The notes: generated from the letters alone by a model not told the origin. A stretch of DNA of 64,000 nucleotides from an uncultured bacterium (GCA_963827235.1 CAWHAE010000014.1:256001-320000), one strand, 5' to 3'. Shown: positions 10,594 to 21,610, counted from the first letter of the stretch. A program made the numbers and translations.

Positions 10594-12108
10594 TCAGCTC
10601 CCGGCCACGCCCGCGATCTGCGCCCTGGCGCGCATCGCGACGAGCCGGCTGTGCAGCTCGTCCCAACTTCCGCCGGTACGCGGCTCGTACCGTTGCACCT
10701 GGGCGGACGCCCGGGCGACTTCACGCGCCTGGGCCATGCCGCGGATCTCGCCGGCGCCCATGGCCTGCACGAGCAGGTTTCCCAACGCGGTCGCCTCGGT
10801 CGGGCCGGCCACCACTCGCCGGCCGGTGGCGTCGGCTGCCAGCTGGCAGAGCAGGCTGTTGCGCGATCCGCCGCCGACGATGTATACGGCCTCCACCGGC
10901 GTATTAGCTAGACGCTCGAGCTGTTGGACGGTAAGTCTGTAGGTGATGGCCAGACTCTCGAGAATAGCCCGCGCAAGCACCTCAGGCGTGTCCACCCGCT
11001 CGCGCTCGGCCGCGTTGAGCTGCACCTTGATCGCCGCTGGCATGTCGTCCGGATGCAGGAACGCCGGGTCGTCGACGTTGATCACCACACGCGGGGAGTC
11101 GACTGCTGCCGCCCGCTCCATCAGCTCCTGGTAGCTCCAGTCGGCCTGAGTCCGGCTGCGCGCCCATGCCCGTCGGGACTCCTGCAGAAGCCACAGTCCC
11201 ATGATGTTCGTGTGGAAACGATACGTGCCGCCGGCGCCTCGCTCGTTGGTGAAGCCCGCCAGCCGGGCCGCTTCGCTGGTGTTCGGGCGCAGCAGCTCCA
11301 TGCCCATCAACGACCAGGTGCCGCTGCTCAGGTAAGCATGTCCATGACCCGAGCTATCCGGATCCGCCGGCACGGCGGCCACGGCGCAGGCCGTGTCGTG
11401 CGTGGGCGGTACGATGACCGGTACCGGACCCAAGCCGCTCTCCTGCCGCGTACCCGGTCGAAGCGTGCCCAGCACCATTCCTGCCGATACCGGTCCGGTC
11501 AGCATGTGAGACGGCACGCCCAGCCGCCCGATCATCTCGCGATCCCACTCGCCGTCAATGCCGAGGGCGCCAGAGGTGCTGCCGTCTGTTTGCTCGCATG
11601 CCTGTTCGCCGCACAGCCAGTAGTGCATCAAGTCCGGCATCATCAACATATTCCGCGCCAGCTCGAGCGTACGGTCACCCGATCGCACGGCAGCCATGAG
11701 CTGGTAGAGCGTGTTGAACTGAAGCTGGGCAATGCCTGTGCGCGCGAACTGCTCGGCAGCGGGCACGATCTTTGCCGCCTCGGCCGGCATGCCGTCCGTC
11801 CGGGCATCGCGGTAGTGGTAGGGATTGCCGAGCAGACGTCCTTCGAAGTCCAGCAGCCCGTAGTCCACGCCCCAGGAATCCACACCGATGCCTGCGACGT
11901 CGCCGGGATGCAGGTCGGCTGCTCGCTTCAGGCCAGCCAGGATCTCACGATAAATGCCCAACGTGTCCCAGTGCAGGCCGTCCGGCGTGCGAACGGGGAC
12001 ATTGGGAAATCGATGGATCTCCTCGAGCTCGAAGAGCTCCCCGTTGAACGCGCCCGCGATGACGCGACCGCTCTCGGCGCCCAAATCGACGGCAAGATAG
12101 CGAGACAC
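10594..12108 (-). CDS. rhaB: Rhamnulokinase
   Basis: LAVDLGAESGR, DSWGVDYG, HDTACAV, SSGTWSL, FTNERG, EATALGN. Confidence 0.93.
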   Translation of the reverse strand: MSRYLAVDLGAESGRVIAGAFNGELFELEEIHRFPNVPVRTPDGLHWDTLGIYREILAGLKRAADLHPGDVAGIGVDSWGVDYGLLDFEGRLLGNPYHYRDARTDGMPAEAAKIVPAAEQFARTGIAQLQFNTLYQLMAAVRSGDRTLELARNMLMMPDLMHYWLCGEQACEQTDGSTSGALGIDGEWDREMIGRLGVPSHMLTGPVSAGMVLGTLRPGTRQESGLGPVPVIVPPTHDTACAVAAVPADPDSSGHGHAYLSSGTWSLMGMELLRPNTSEAARLAGFTNERGAGGTYRFHTNIMGLWLLQESRRAWARSRTQADWSYQELMERAAAVDSPRVVINVDDPAFLHPDDMPAAIKVQLNAAERERVDTPEVLARAILESLAITYRLTVQQLERLANTPVEAVYIVGGGSRNSLLCQLAADATGRRVVAGPTEATALGNLLVQAMGAGEIRGMAQAREVARASAQVQRYEPRTGGSWDELHSRLVAMRARAQIAGVAGS

Positions 12109-12127
12109 GCTACTTTCCTCCCGATCC

Positions 12128-13183
12128 TCAGCCAAAATCTTGTACTGCAGTATAGAGAGCTACAACGTTCTCCGTAGGCGTGTTTGCCTGAATGTGATGG
12201 CACGGGGCAACGATATATCCCTTGCCGCCGCGAAATGCCCGGATGTTCTCAGCCACCTGCTCCCGCACGTCGGACTCACTGCCAAAGGGTAGTGTATGCT
12301 GGTTGTCCATGCCACCGTGAAAGATGAGCTTGTCGCCAAAGTCTCGTGCCAGCCCCTCGCGGTCCATGCCGGCGCATCGCCACTGAATGGGGTTCAGAAT
12401 GTCGACGCCCGCCTCGATAAGGTCGGGGATCATGGGGCGCATAGCACCGTCGTCGTGGTGCATAACGCGCACGCCGTAGGAATGTGCGAGCGCGATCAGC
12501 TTCGCCATGCGCGGTTTGAGAAAGCGCCGGAACAGGCGCGGACTCATGAGCAACGACTGTTGAGTGCCCAGGTCCTCGGCCACGTACATCAAGTCGATGT
12601 GGTCGCCCACCTCGCGCAGAATCCGGCTGAACACCGCGTGGTCGACGGCAAAGATGTGCTCGAGAATGCATTCCGCGATCTCGGGCGACTCGATCAGGTC
12701 CGCCAGTGACCGCTCCATGCCCCGCAGTCGGCAGTAGAGATAGAACGGCTCGCTCGAGCCGCACAGAATCGGATTCTCGGGCCACTCCGCGCACTGATCC
12801 CGCAGTGTGCTGTAATCCCACGTGTCGACCTGGGGCCAGTCGAACGCGTCCACGTCGGCCACCGATTCCGCTCCGGCAAGCGGGTAGTTCACCGCCTCTT
12901 CGTAGACGCCGAGTCCCTCCCCGTAGGAGATCATCTCCGTGCCGATGTGCCAGATCTTGAAGTGGGACTGCATGTGCCAGCCATCCGAGGCTACAGTCGC
13001 ATGTCGCGGCACCAGATGGATGCACTTGTCCACACCGAGCCGCTCATAGAGCTCGCGCTCGCCCGAGCAGCCCAGATCCTTGAGCAGGCGGGCGGTCACT
13101 TCAGCAGTTCCCCAGTAATCGCAAGGCACGCGATCGGGGCGCTCTCCGTCGAAGAGGGCTCGCCAGCGTTGGCGAGGTGTCAT
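12128..13183 (-). CDS. Uroporphyrinogen decarboxylase-like (URO-D/MtaA/CmuA superfamily) protein
   Basis: MTPRQR..PDRVP, LRGME, EDLGTQ, HHDDG, GGMDNQ, APCHHIQ. Confidence 0.85.
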   Translation of the reverse strand: MTPRQRWRALFDGERPDRVPCDYWGTAEVTARLLKDLGCSGERELYERLGVDKCIHLVPRHATVASDGWHMQSHFKIWHIGTEMISYGEGLGVYEEAVNYPLAGAESVADVDAFDWPQVDTWDYSTLRDQCAEWPENPILCGSSEPFYLYCRLRGMERSLADLIESPEIAECILEHIFAVDHAVFSRILREVGDHIDLMYVAEDLGTQQSLLMSPRLFRRFLKPRMAKLIALAHSYGVRVMHHDDGAMRPMIPDLIEAGVDILNPIQWRCAGMDREGLARDFGDKLIFHGGMDNQHTLPFGSESDVREQVAENIRAFRGGKGYIVAPCHHIQANTPTENVVALYTAVQDFG

Positions 13184-13243
13184 CCTCCTACCTCCCTGGA
13201 GTGGACAGGGTGGACGGCCCCGCCGGAGACCGCGGGCACCCGA

Positions 13244-13282
13244 TGCGCGGGCCGGGACAGTCCCGCTGTCCCGGCCCGCGCA
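13244..13282. terminator. Perfect 17-bp inverted repeat after the substrate-binding protein gene (stabiliser or terminator hairpin)
   Basis: TGCGCGGGCCGGGACAG-N5-CTGTCCCGGCCCGCGCA. Confidence 0.65.
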
Positions 13283-13333
13283 GTGCCGAGCGCCACCGGT
13301 CAGGTGCCGAATCGCCCTGCCGGAACACGTGTC

Positions 13334-14347
13334 CTAGAAGTGGAACTTGTCGATGTTGGTCTTGTCAAATACGGTCGGAGGCCCGAGCACGACCACGTTG
13401 TTGGCGCCGATCGTGTACGCACCGAGTCCGGGCACCGTGAACTTCTCGCCCACTTTGCCGGTGATCGTGCCGGCCACGAGGTCATGCGCGACGTATTCAG
13501 CCAGGTAGCCCAGGTTGCCCGGATCCCACAGCGCGAAGGCAGGAACCTGTCCGCCCTTCACATAGCCGCGCATGTCGTTAGGCGTTCCCAGACCGGTGAC
13601 CAGTACTTTACCCGTCTTGCCGGCCACTTTAACCGCTTGAGCTGCCGCGAGGATACCTATCGTGGTCGGCGAGATGATGCCTTTGAGGTTGGGATAGCTG
13701 GTGAGCAGGCCGTTGGCTTCGGTCGTGCTCTTGTTCGGATCATCGTTGCCGTAGGCGATCTTGACCAGCGTCATGTTCTTGTACTTGGGCAGAGCCAGCT
13801 CCTGCTTCATGAAGCCGATCCAGGCGTTCTGATTGGTCGCCGTGGTGGTCGCGCTCAGAATGGCAACCTGACCCGTGTAGTTCAGCAGCTTGCCGATGAT
13901 CTGAACCTCGATGCGGCCAATCTGCTCGGTGTCCGCCTGATTGACGAACACGTTGCGCGCACCGACCGGATCGGAGTCATAGCCGACGACCTTGATCCCC
14001 TTGGCCATTGCCTTTTGCAGAGAGGCCTTGATCGCGCCGGGATCGTTGGCCGAGACGACGATCGCGTCGGCGTGCTCAGTGATGAGCTGGTCTACGTACT
14101 GCGTCTGCGTGGTGGTGCTGCTGGAGGTCGGCCCGACCATCTTCAGAGTGTCGCCGAGCGCCTTGTTGGCGCGAAGGCTGCCGTTATAGGCGGTGGTGAA
14201 GTACGGATTATCGGTCGTCTTCGGCAGCACGAATACCTTGTAGGGTTTCGCCGCGTGAGCGATGTGCATTGCCGCCTGGGGCACGGCCGTTGCGGCCACG
14301 CTGCCAACGAGAACCGCGGCACAGAGAACGCGAGTGTACCGGCGCAT
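13334..14347 (-). CDS. Rhamnose ABC transporter substrate-binding protein (RhaS type)
   Basis: Signal peptide; LPKTTDNPYF, TATNQNAW, GIISPTTIG, ALWDP. Confidence 0.9.
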   Translation of the reverse strand: MRRYTRVLCAAVLVGSVAATAVPQAAMHIAHAAKPYKVFVLPKTTDNPYFTTAYNGSLRANKALGDTLKMVGPTSSSTTTQTQYVDQLITEHADAIVVSANDPGAIKASLQKAMAKGIKVVGYDSDPVGARNVFVNQADTEQIGRIEVQIIGKLLNYTGQVAILSATTTATNQNAWIGFMKQELALPKYKNMTLVKIAYGNDDPNKSTTEANGLLTSYPNLKGIISPTTIGILAAAQAVKVAGKTGKVLVTGLGTPNDMRGYVKGGQVPAFALWDPGNLGYLAEYVAHDLVAGTITGKVGEKFTVPGLGAYTIGANNVVVLGPPTVFDKTNIDKFHF

Positions 14348-14435
14348 ACTACGAATACTCCTTTATTGATGGACGGCGCAAGCACGCATGTGGTGCTTTG
14401 CAATTACATGCACCTTCCCGATTGTAACCTTCCTG

Positions 14436-15524
14436 TCAGTCGCCTCCTTTCATTGCCACCCGGCGCAATCCCAGGCGCTGCGCCACTCTAGGGCCAAGTA
14501 TGGAGAGGATGAGCAGAGCGCCGATGACGATGGTCTGGTCCTGGTCGCCGATATTGGCAAGACCCATACCATTGCGCAGAATGCCGATCAGGAAGAGGGC
14601 GAGGACCGTGCCTCCCATGCTGCCCGAGCCGCCGTTGATGTCGGTGCCGCCCAGCACCACCGCAGTGATCACGTCGAGCTCAAACCCGGTACCCATGTCC
14701 CATCGAGCGCTACCCTGCCGCGACGCGTAGATCAGTCCGGCCATGGCGGCGAACAGGCCGGACACGGTGTAGATCGCTATCTTGATCCTGTCTACCGCGA
14801 TACCGGAATATCGGCACGCGTCCTCATTGTTGCCTATGGCGTATACGAGTCGTCCGAAACTCGTGCGGTGGAGAAGCAGAGCGAACACGATCGCAAGGAC
14901 GATGAAGATCAACAGCGGCCAGGGTACCATGTCGCCGAACGGCAGCAGCGGCTTCACTCCGATGTAGCCCTGGCCCAGATTGTTGAAGCTGTCCGGGAAG
15001 GAGCTGACCGCGCGGTCGCCCAGGATGACCTGGGCCAGGCCGCGATAGAGCGCCATGGTGCCCAGTGTCACCACAAGCGGATGCAGCTTGATGCGCGTCG
15101 TGATTGCGCCGTTGGCGAAGCCCGCCACCAGGCCGATCGCCAGCGCCAGCAAAATGCTCACGCCCAGGTCTCCCGAGGTCGAGTAATGCAGACCGAACGA
15201 GACCCCCGCCAGCGCCATGACCGACGAGATAGAAAGGTCGATGCCTCCCGTGATGATGATCAGGGTCATGGGTAGGGCCATGATGGCTTTCTCCATGAAC
15301 TGGGACGTCATGTCGAAGAGGTTAGACCAATCCAGGAAGTAGGGAGACAGGTAGGTCGACCAAGCCCCGGCGACCACGATCAGCACCACTAACAATACTT
15401 CCCAGCGCATGAGGGTGTGGAGGGCAACTCGACCCAGTGCCGGCCCGTCGCCGGCCGGTGCCTTGTCGTCGGCTGCTGCCGGGGAAGCAGCAACACCGGA
15501 GTCGTGCTGGTGCCGCGCGCTCAT
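14436..15524 (-). CDS. Sugar ABC transporter permease (RhaQ type)
   Basis: GGIDLS, VVTLGTMALYRG, ELDVITAVVLGG. Confidence 0.9.
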   Translation of the reverse strand: MSARHQHDSGVAASPAAADDKAPAGDGPALGRVALHTLMRWEVLLVVLIVVAGAWSTYLSPYFLDWSNLFDMTSQFMEKAIMALPMTLIIITGGIDLSISSVMALAGVSFGLHYSTSGDLGVSILLALAIGLVAGFANGAITTRIKLHPLVVTLGTMALYRGLAQVILGDRAVSSFPDSFNNLGQGYIGVKPLLPFGDMVPWPLLIFIVLAIVFALLLHRTSFGRLVYAIGNNEDACRYSGIAVDRIKIAIYTVSGLFAAMAGLIYASRQGSARWDMGTGFELDVITAVVLGGTDINGGSGSMGGTVLALFLIGILRNGMGLANIGDQDQTIVIGALLILSILGPRVAQRLGLRRVAMKGGD

Positions 15525-16579
15525 CGCCGTACTCCCTGCAGAAGACGTTGCAGCCGGTGGCTGATCAGCGCATCCGAGACCACCGCCGCCAGAATGATCA
15601 TGCCCGTGATTGCCTGAGACCAGAATTCGGAGAGATTGAGCAGGGCAAGTGCGTTCTGCACCACGCCCAGGAGAAGGCAGCCTAAAATCGTGCCCAATAT
15701 GCTGCCGCTACCGCCGGCTATCGTGGTACCCCCGATCACCACGGAGGCGATCACCGTGAGCTCAAACCCGTTGCCGGCACCGGCCGTTATCGTACCGTAG
15801 TCCGCCCCGTAGAGGAAACCTCCCAGACCGGACAGCGCACCTGACAGCACGAAGACGAGAAACACGATGCGATTCACCTTAACACCGGCCAGGCGAGCCG
15901 CCAGCGCGTTGCTGCCCACCGCGTAGATCTGCCGGCCCGTACGCGTGCTGTGCAAGAAATACGCGGCAATGATGGCAAGCACCGCCGGGAAGATGACCAG
16001 CCAGCGGATGCTGAACACAATTCCCCCCGGCAACGGCAGGGAGACGGCGTTGGTGCCTGCGAGGTTGAGATAGCTTCCCGGCAGGTCGCCGCTGACCACC
16101 TCGCCTCCGCCACTGGCGATGGACTGGATGCCGTGGTAGATGTTCAGCGTGCCCAACGTGGCAATGATCGCCGGCACGCCGCCCACCGCCACGAGCAGAC
16201 CGTTCGCGGCGCCCAGCGCACTGCCTATCGCCACGCAGATCACCACTGCCAGGGCCAGGGACATTCCGGGATGCGCCTTCAGTAGCTGGGCCACGATCAT
16301 CACCGTTACGCCCATATTGGCCGCCACCGACAGGTCGATTTGCTTGGCCAGGATCACCATCGTCTCGCCGAGCGCAAGCGTGGCTAGGATGGCGATGGCG
16401 AGCAGAATATTGCGGAAGTTCTCGGTAGTGAGGAAGGTCGAGTTGCCCACGCTCACCACTGCCATGAGCAGCAGCAACGCTACGATGATCCCTGCCTCAC
16501 GCAGGCGCGCGACCCAGATGATGACGGAGCTGCCGCGATCCAGGGCGACGTCGCCGCCGGCAGCGCTTCCGGCGATCAT
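15521..16579 (-). CDS. Sugar ABC transporter permease (RhaP type)
   Basis: QIDLSV, IIATLGT, ELTVIASVVIGG; ATG overlaps the ATPase stop. Confidence 0.9.
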   Translation of the reverse strand: MIAGSAAGGDVALDRGSSVIIWVARLREAGIIVALLLLMAVVSVGNSTFLTTENFRNILLAIAILATLALGETMVILAKQIDLSVAANMGVTVMIVAQLLKAHPGMSLALAVVICVAIGSALGAANGLLVAVGGVPAIIATLGTLNIYHGIQSIASGGGEVVSGDLPGSYLNLAGTNAVSLPLPGGIVFSIRWLVIFPAVLAIIAAYFLHSTRTGRQIYAVGSNALAARLAGVKVNRIVFLVFVLSGALSGLGGFLYGADYGTITAGAGNGFELTVIASVVIGGTTIAGGSGSILGTILGCLLLGVVQNALALLNLSEFWSQAITGMIILAAVVSDALISHRLQRLLQGVRR

Positions 16580-18093
16580 GAAGCGACTCCTTCTGTCGTG
16601 GTCTGACCGGCGGCGGCGGACATGATCGATTCCTGAGTGGCCTCCTCGCGGCTGAAGCGCCCGGCAATGCGACCGCCTCGCATAACCAGGATTCGATCGC
16701 TCATCGCCAGTACCTCGGGAAGTTCCGACGAGATCATCAGAATGGCCAGTCCCTGTCCGGCCAGCTCGCCCATGAGTCGGTGCACCTCCGCCTTTGCTCC
16801 CACGTCGATGCCGCGCGTCGGCTCGTCCAGGATCAGCACCTTCGGCCGCGTGGCCAGCCACTTCGCAAGCACTACCTTCTGCTGGTTGCCGCCCGACAGC
16901 TCTCGTACCCGCTGGCGCACGCCTGACATGCGAATACGCAGTCGCGACTCGTATTCTTCGGTCACCAGCCGCTCCCGATTGTCACGTGTCCATCCCGCGG
17001 CGCTCACTTCGCGCAAGATGGTCAGAGTGACGTTGTGCTGGATCGTCATCGGCGTGACGAGCCCGAACGTGCCGCGATCCTCGGGCACGTAGGCCAGGCC
17101 TAAACGCACGGCCTGCCGAGCGCTGCGGATAGTTAGAGCCTTGCCCTCGAGCGATACATGGCCGCTATCCGGCTTATCGATGCCGAAGATCGCCCGCGCC
17201 ACTTCCGTGCGCCCCGCTCCCACGAGGCCCGCCAGACCCACGATCTCGCCGTGGCGCACGTCCAGGTCGATGTTCTGGAACACGCGACCCCGGCTCAGTC
17301 CGCGCACTTCCAGGCATGGTGCGCCGACCAGGCGCTCGCCCCGCTCGAACAGCACGCTGAGCGGTCTACCGACCATGAGCTGTACCAACCTCTCCGGCGA
17401 AGCTTCGGCGCGGGGCATGCTGGCCACCTGCTGTCCGTCGCGCAGCACTGTGATCCGGCTGGCGATCTCCAACACTTCGTCGAGCCGATGGCTGATAAAG
17501 ACGACCGCTGCGCCGCTGGCCCGCAGGCGCTCCACGATGGCAAACAGGTCGCGTACCTCGCGTGGCGTCAGGGCGGCGGTCGGCTCGTCCATGATCAGCA
17601 CTCGCGCGTTCATGGACAGCGCCTTCGCCACCTCGACCATCTGTTGATCGGCAATGCTCAGGCCCCGTACTTTGTCGCGGGCACCGATGGAGACGCCGAG
17701 ATTGTCCAGAATAGCCTGTACCGAGGTGTTCATCGGCTGCCAGCGAATCCTGTGCATGCGGTCTACCGGCTGCCGGCGCATTAGCACGTTTTCGGCTACG
17801 CTCAGGTCCGGGAACAGCGTGGGCTCCTGGTAGATCACCGCCACGCCATACGCCTGGGCGGCCGATGGCGAGCCGATATCGGCCGCCTTACCGTCCACGT
17901 AGACGTGGCCGGTGTCCGGGTGATGCACACCCGCCAGAACCTTGATCAATGTCGACTTGCCGGCACCGTTCTCGCCGACCAGGGCATGCACCTCGCCGCC
18001 ATAGACCTCGAAGCCCACGTCGCGCAGTGCGTGCACGCCGGCAAACGACTTGCTGATGTTCTCCAGCCGCAGTATAGGCACCGCGCCTTGCAT
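16576..18093 (-). CDS. Sugar ABC transporter ATP-binding protein, two nucleotide-binding domains (RhaT type)
   Basis: [31 protein letters not shown]. Confidence 0.94.
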   Translation of the reverse strand: MQGAVPILRLENISKSFAGVHALRDVGFEVYGGEVHALVGENGAGKSTLIKVLAGVHHPDTGHVYVDGKAADIGSPSAAQAYGVAVIYQEPTLFPDLSVAENVLMRRQPVDRMHRIRWQPMNTSVQAILDNLGVSIGARDKVRGLSIADQQMVEVAKALSMNARVLIMDEPTAALTPREVRDLFAIVERLRASGAAVVFISHRLDEVLEIASRITVLRDGQQVASMPRAEASPERLVQLMVGRPLSVLFERGERLVGAPCLEVRGLSRGRVFQNIDLDVRHGEIVGLAGLVGAGRTEVARAIFGIDKPDSGHVSLEGKALTIRSARQAVRLGLAYVPEDRGTFGLVTPMTIQHNVTLTILREVSAAGWTRDNRERLVTEEYESRLRIRMSGVRQRVRELSGGNQQKVVLAKWLATRPKVLILDEPTRGIDVGAKAEVHRLMGELAGQGLAILMISSELPEVLAMSDRILVMRGGRIAGRFSREEATQESIMSAAAGQTTTEGVAS

Positions 18094-18216
18094 CTACTCC
18101 TCCAAGAAACGCCGCGGCATCACCCAGCGACCGCTGCCAACACTGCCCATGGGTTCGGTATCGCCGCACGCGTCCCAACGGTCCGCGCCGGCCACGCCCC
18201 AGGACGGAAACCACAG

Positions 18217-18261
18217 GTGAAACGCTGCGAAAACAATAACACTGTTGAGCACTGTCGTCAA
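18217..18261 (-). promoter_or_regulatory. Promoter of the rhamnose ABC operon with a LacI-like box at about +1
   Basis: TTGACG(18261-18256)-N17-TATTGT(18238-18233); GTGAAACGCTGCGA at 18217-18230. Confidence 0.6.
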
Positions 18262-18403
18262 ATTGTCGTCGTATCATGAGCGCTGGTGTGAGTTTTGTTT
18301 CGACACTACTGGTCGAGCCGGGCACGCGGGCAAGCCCGCGCCGGCCTCATTCCCATCCCAACAAGTCGAGCGGCGGCTTCCAGGTCACCGGCAACCTGCT
18401 GAC

Positions 18404-19210
18404 TCAGGCACTCTGAGCGGCATCCGTGGACCTAGCTGCCACACAGGCTAGCCGCACCTCGATGCCTGCTTCCCGCAACTGCTCCACGATCTGGGGATTG
18501 GCCCCGTCGTCGGTTACCAGTACCGAGATTGCCTCCACGGGAGCGAAGACGCTCAACGCCGTGCGCTCGAGCTTGGTGCTGTCGGCAAGCGTCACGACTC
18601 TGGCGGCGTTTCGAACCATGATCTCCTTCAGAGAAGCCTCCGAGACGTTGGCCTCGGTCAGACCGTGATGCAGCGACAACGCTCGCACGGAGATGAACGC
18701 AGTGTCCACGTAGAGACGCCTGAGCGCATTTTCGGCGATCGGCCCGCTGAAAGAGAGAGACGTGTGCCTGAGCGTACCGCCGAGCATGGTAAGTGAGACC
18801 TGCGATCGACGACTGAGCTCGGTGCCTATGGGCAGTGCGTTGACCACCGCGGTGAGCTGGATGCTCGGCGACAGCACACGAGCCAACTCGAGGATCGTGG
18901 TCGACGCATCCATAATCACGGTTGTGCCCGGCTGCACCAGGTCCAGCGCCGCCTCGGCCAGCGCGCGCTTCTGGATCATATGCTCCGACTCACGCGTCAG
19001 AAAGGCACGCTCGCGACCGGACTGGTCGTCCTCTCGCGCCACGGCGCCGCCGTACCGCCGCGTGATCAGACCCTTCTGCTCCAGGTATTGCAGGTCTCGG
19101 CGTACCGTCTGCGGCGACACGGCAAATCGATGTGCCAGCACGTCGACCGTAAGTACCGGGGTCTGCTCCAGCAGCTCCGCGAGAGCCATTCGCCTCTCAA
19201 ACGCCAGCAC
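18404..19210 (-). CDS. DeoR/GlpR transcriptional regulator (RhaR candidate)
   Basis: FAVSPQTVRRDL, RRYGGA, MDASTT, LADSTK. Confidence 0.9.
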   Translation of the reverse strand: MLAFERRMALAELLEQTPVLTVDVLAHRFAVSPQTVRRDLQYLEQKGLITRRYGGAVAREDDQSGRERAFLTRESEHMIQKRALAEAALDLVQPGTTVIMDASTTILELARVLSPSIQLTAVVNALPIGTELSRRSQVSLTMLGGTLRHTSLSFSGPIAENALRRLYVDTAFISVRALSLHHGLTEANVSEASLKEIMVRNAARVVTLADSTKLERTALSVFAPVEAISVLVTDDGANPQIVEQLREAGIEVRLACVAARSTDAAQSA

Positions 19211-19667
19211 CTGGGACCTCCTCTACTCGCGGAGGCTCGTCCAGCGACGAGTATGGTGGCCGGGCGCACCACATGCTTCGCCCACGCCCACGCTCGCAGC
19301 GGTCACGCTCAGCTCTGCTCATCAGCGACCATAATAGCACGAAATGTTATCAGAAGTCATCGCTCGTCGGCGGGCCGGCTTGGGCTCCTCGGCTTCTCGG
19401 AGCCCGGCCACGCCTGTACGTGCGTCATCGGTGAAGCGCGGCAAAGAAGCTCGCGTTGTCTCGCCATACACGATCGTGTGGGCGAAATCCAAGATGCGCC
19501 CGAGTGCGCGACCCATCGCAGCTTGCCTGCGCTCCAGTATCAAGCAGCCGGAGCGAGCGAACCGCTCGCGCTCTCGGGCCGAGTTGGCTTCCAGGAGACT
19601 TCGCCGGCGGCATCGTTCATCGGGGGGAAGCTCCGGCTTTGCTTGCCGGTGTCGCCGGGCGCCGAGC

Positions 19668-20666
19668 TCACTCCGCTACGGCGCGCTTGGCTTCGGGCAG
19701 AGCAGAGTATTCGGCGCGGTCCGCGCACGGCCTGGACCGCAGGAACGCCGCAACGCCGCCGCTCTGCGACGCCGGCACGGCTATCTCCAGCCTGTGACGC
19801 GACTCCGCCGGACCCAGCTCGCACACGAGCGTTGCCTGCTTCCCGCGGTTGCGCAGCTCGGCAGAGACCAGCTTGTCCGGCCGAAGCAGCCAGGCGTCGC
19901 AGCCGTCTTCGGCTGGTTGCAGTATCCGGCGAGGTGCGTCTCGCACCAACAGGATCTGCTGCTCCGCCTGAGCGATCATCAGCGGCGGCGCTTCCGGCAC
20001 CAGGAACGAGAGAGCGCCGTACCGGCCTACTACCGGCACGGCCGGCGGTGCCAGCAATCGCTTCAGTCCACCCTCGCCCGCCAGAAACTTCCGCAGGAAG
20101 TAGCGGTGGCGATGGTCGAGATCGGGGATCGCCCGCCCGGCTTCGTAGCGGTCCTCCTCATTGCCTGTCGTTCCGGCCGTCGCTCCCTGTCCCACCAGCC
20201 GTGCCCATGACGCGCGGATAGCGACCAGTGCTTCGAGCACTGTGGGCTCGTGTACCCCGTTGTACCGCACGGTGATGCGCCGGGGCTCGGCGATCGTGGC
20301 GACCGCGAGACTGAGCGCGCAGTCGAGAAGGTGGGATCGAAGCTCGATCGAGACGATATCCGCTATCGCACACGACGCGGCGGCGCATTGCCCCGGTGTG
20401 CCGGTCGATGCGCGATCTTCGGGGTCGTCGAGCACCAGCACCCTCGTGCCAGTGACGATCAGTGCGCGGCCTGGTGCCACAGCGCGGCGGCCGGGCGCCG
20501 CGCGATGCCAGCGGACATTGCCGGGATCGCGAACCTCGAGTAGATAGACCGTCGCCAGCACCGGCTCAGAGGGAGAAAGATGCCACTCGGCCAGGTCTTT
20601 GAGCGAAGCCGGCAGCCGATCGAGCGATCCGCGGCCGGCTGTCGACCGGCATGTGCTATCAGCCAT
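19668..20666 (-). CDS. Hypothetical protein, possibly two PH-like domains
   Basis: 332-aa ORF overlapping the USP stop; two similar beta-rich halves. Confidence 0.55.
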   Translation of the reverse strand: MADSTCRSTAGRGSLDRLPASLKDLAEWHLSPSEPVLATVYLLEVRDPGNVRWHRAAPGRRAVAPGRALIVTGTRVLVLDDPEDRASTGTPGQCAAASCAIADIVSIELRSHLLDCALSLAVATIAEPRRITVRYNGVHEPTVLEALVAIRASWARLVGQGATAGTTGNEEDRYEAGRAIPDLDHRHRYFLRKFLAGEGGLKRLLAPPAVPVVGRYGALSFLVPEAPPLMIAQAEQQILLVRDAPRRILQPAEDGCDAWLLRPDKLVSAELRNRGKQATLVCELGPAESRHRLEIAVPASQSGGVAAFLRSRPCADRAEYSALPEAKRAVAE

Positions 20667-21552
20667 CTGCTGGAAAGGCGTCGTGCTCGTTCCGGTGCGC
20701 CGAGGCCGCCGCCAACCCGGTTCGCACCAGCAGCACGGCCCGCGCCTTCTCGTGCAACAAGCGCTCTGCCACCGTGCTCGCGAACCAGTGCGTCAGCGGT
20801 GCGTGGGCGTGCGTGGCCATGATCAGCAGGTGCCCGGACCGGGCCAGGGAGCCGAGCGCCGGCACCGCCGAGCCCACCAGCACGTGGCGCCCCGCGATAT
20901 GAAGGCCCTTTGCCGCAAGCCTGGCTTCAACGTCTACCAGGTAGCGCTCAGCGGCCAACTCTTGCTCTGGGTCCCGCACCACCCGAACGAGGCTCACCTG
21001 ACGCACCAGGGCGGGCATGAGCGCCGGAAGCACGTCGAGCACGGTCTCATGCTCCGCCGACCCGTCCAGCGGCACCAGGGCATGCATGAGATCCGCCGGA
21101 TCGGCGCAGCCGCCTGCCAGGAGAATGGGTGCCGTGCCGTGACGCAGCAGCTGCGTGGTCACGGAGCCCAGGGCCAGCCGCGCCGGTCCGCCATGTCCAT
21201 GTACCCCCAGCACGACCAGATCAATCCCGCACTCCTGCTCGTAGAGCAAGAGCTGGGGAGCGGCCAGGCCGGCCAGGGCATTTGTCTGAACGGTCACGCC
21301 GCCGGCCGCCAGGCGCGAGCGCACGTGGTCCAGATAGTTGACGGCCGCGCGTTCGTCCGCCGCTTGGGCGGAATCGTAGGTCGACTGCGGCAGGTATGCT
21401 CCGGTAATGGCCCAGGGTAGCTGCGGTAGAGGGACTACGCGCACGAGATGGACGAGACCGCAGCTGGATTGCGCCAGCTTGCGGGCGATCGGCAATGCGT
21501 GCTCGGCCTCTGACGAGCCATCGAGCGGCACCAAGAGCTGTCGGAACACCAT
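20659..21552 (-). CDS. Universal stress protein (tandem USP)
   Basis: Two LVPLDGS motifs; DLVVLGVHG..GSVT and LLIMATH..STVAERLL. Confidence 0.88.
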   Translation of the reverse strand: MVFRQLLVPLDGSSEAEHALPIARKLAQSSCGLVHLVRVVPLPQLPWAITGAYLPQSTYDSAQAADERAAVNYLDHVRSRLAAGGVTVQTNALAGLAAPQLLLYEQECGIDLVVLGVHGHGGPARLALGSVTTQLLRHGTAPILLAGGCADPADLMHALVPLDGSAEHETVLDVLPALMPALVRQVSLVRVVRDPEQELAAERYLVDVEARLAAKGLHIAGRHVLVGSAVPALGSLARSGHLLIMATHAHAPLTHWFASTVAERLLHEKARAVLLVRTGLAAASAHRNEHDAFPADG

Positions 21553-21610
21553 CAACGCTACTCCAGACGGCCTGCCTGCGCGCCAGGCGACAAAGCACAC
21601 GCGCCAACAG

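Noticed and set aside
19322-19660. Small minus-strand ORF upstream of the first DeoR gene
   Set aside because: No clear start, RBS or motif; overlaps the likely DeoR promoter.
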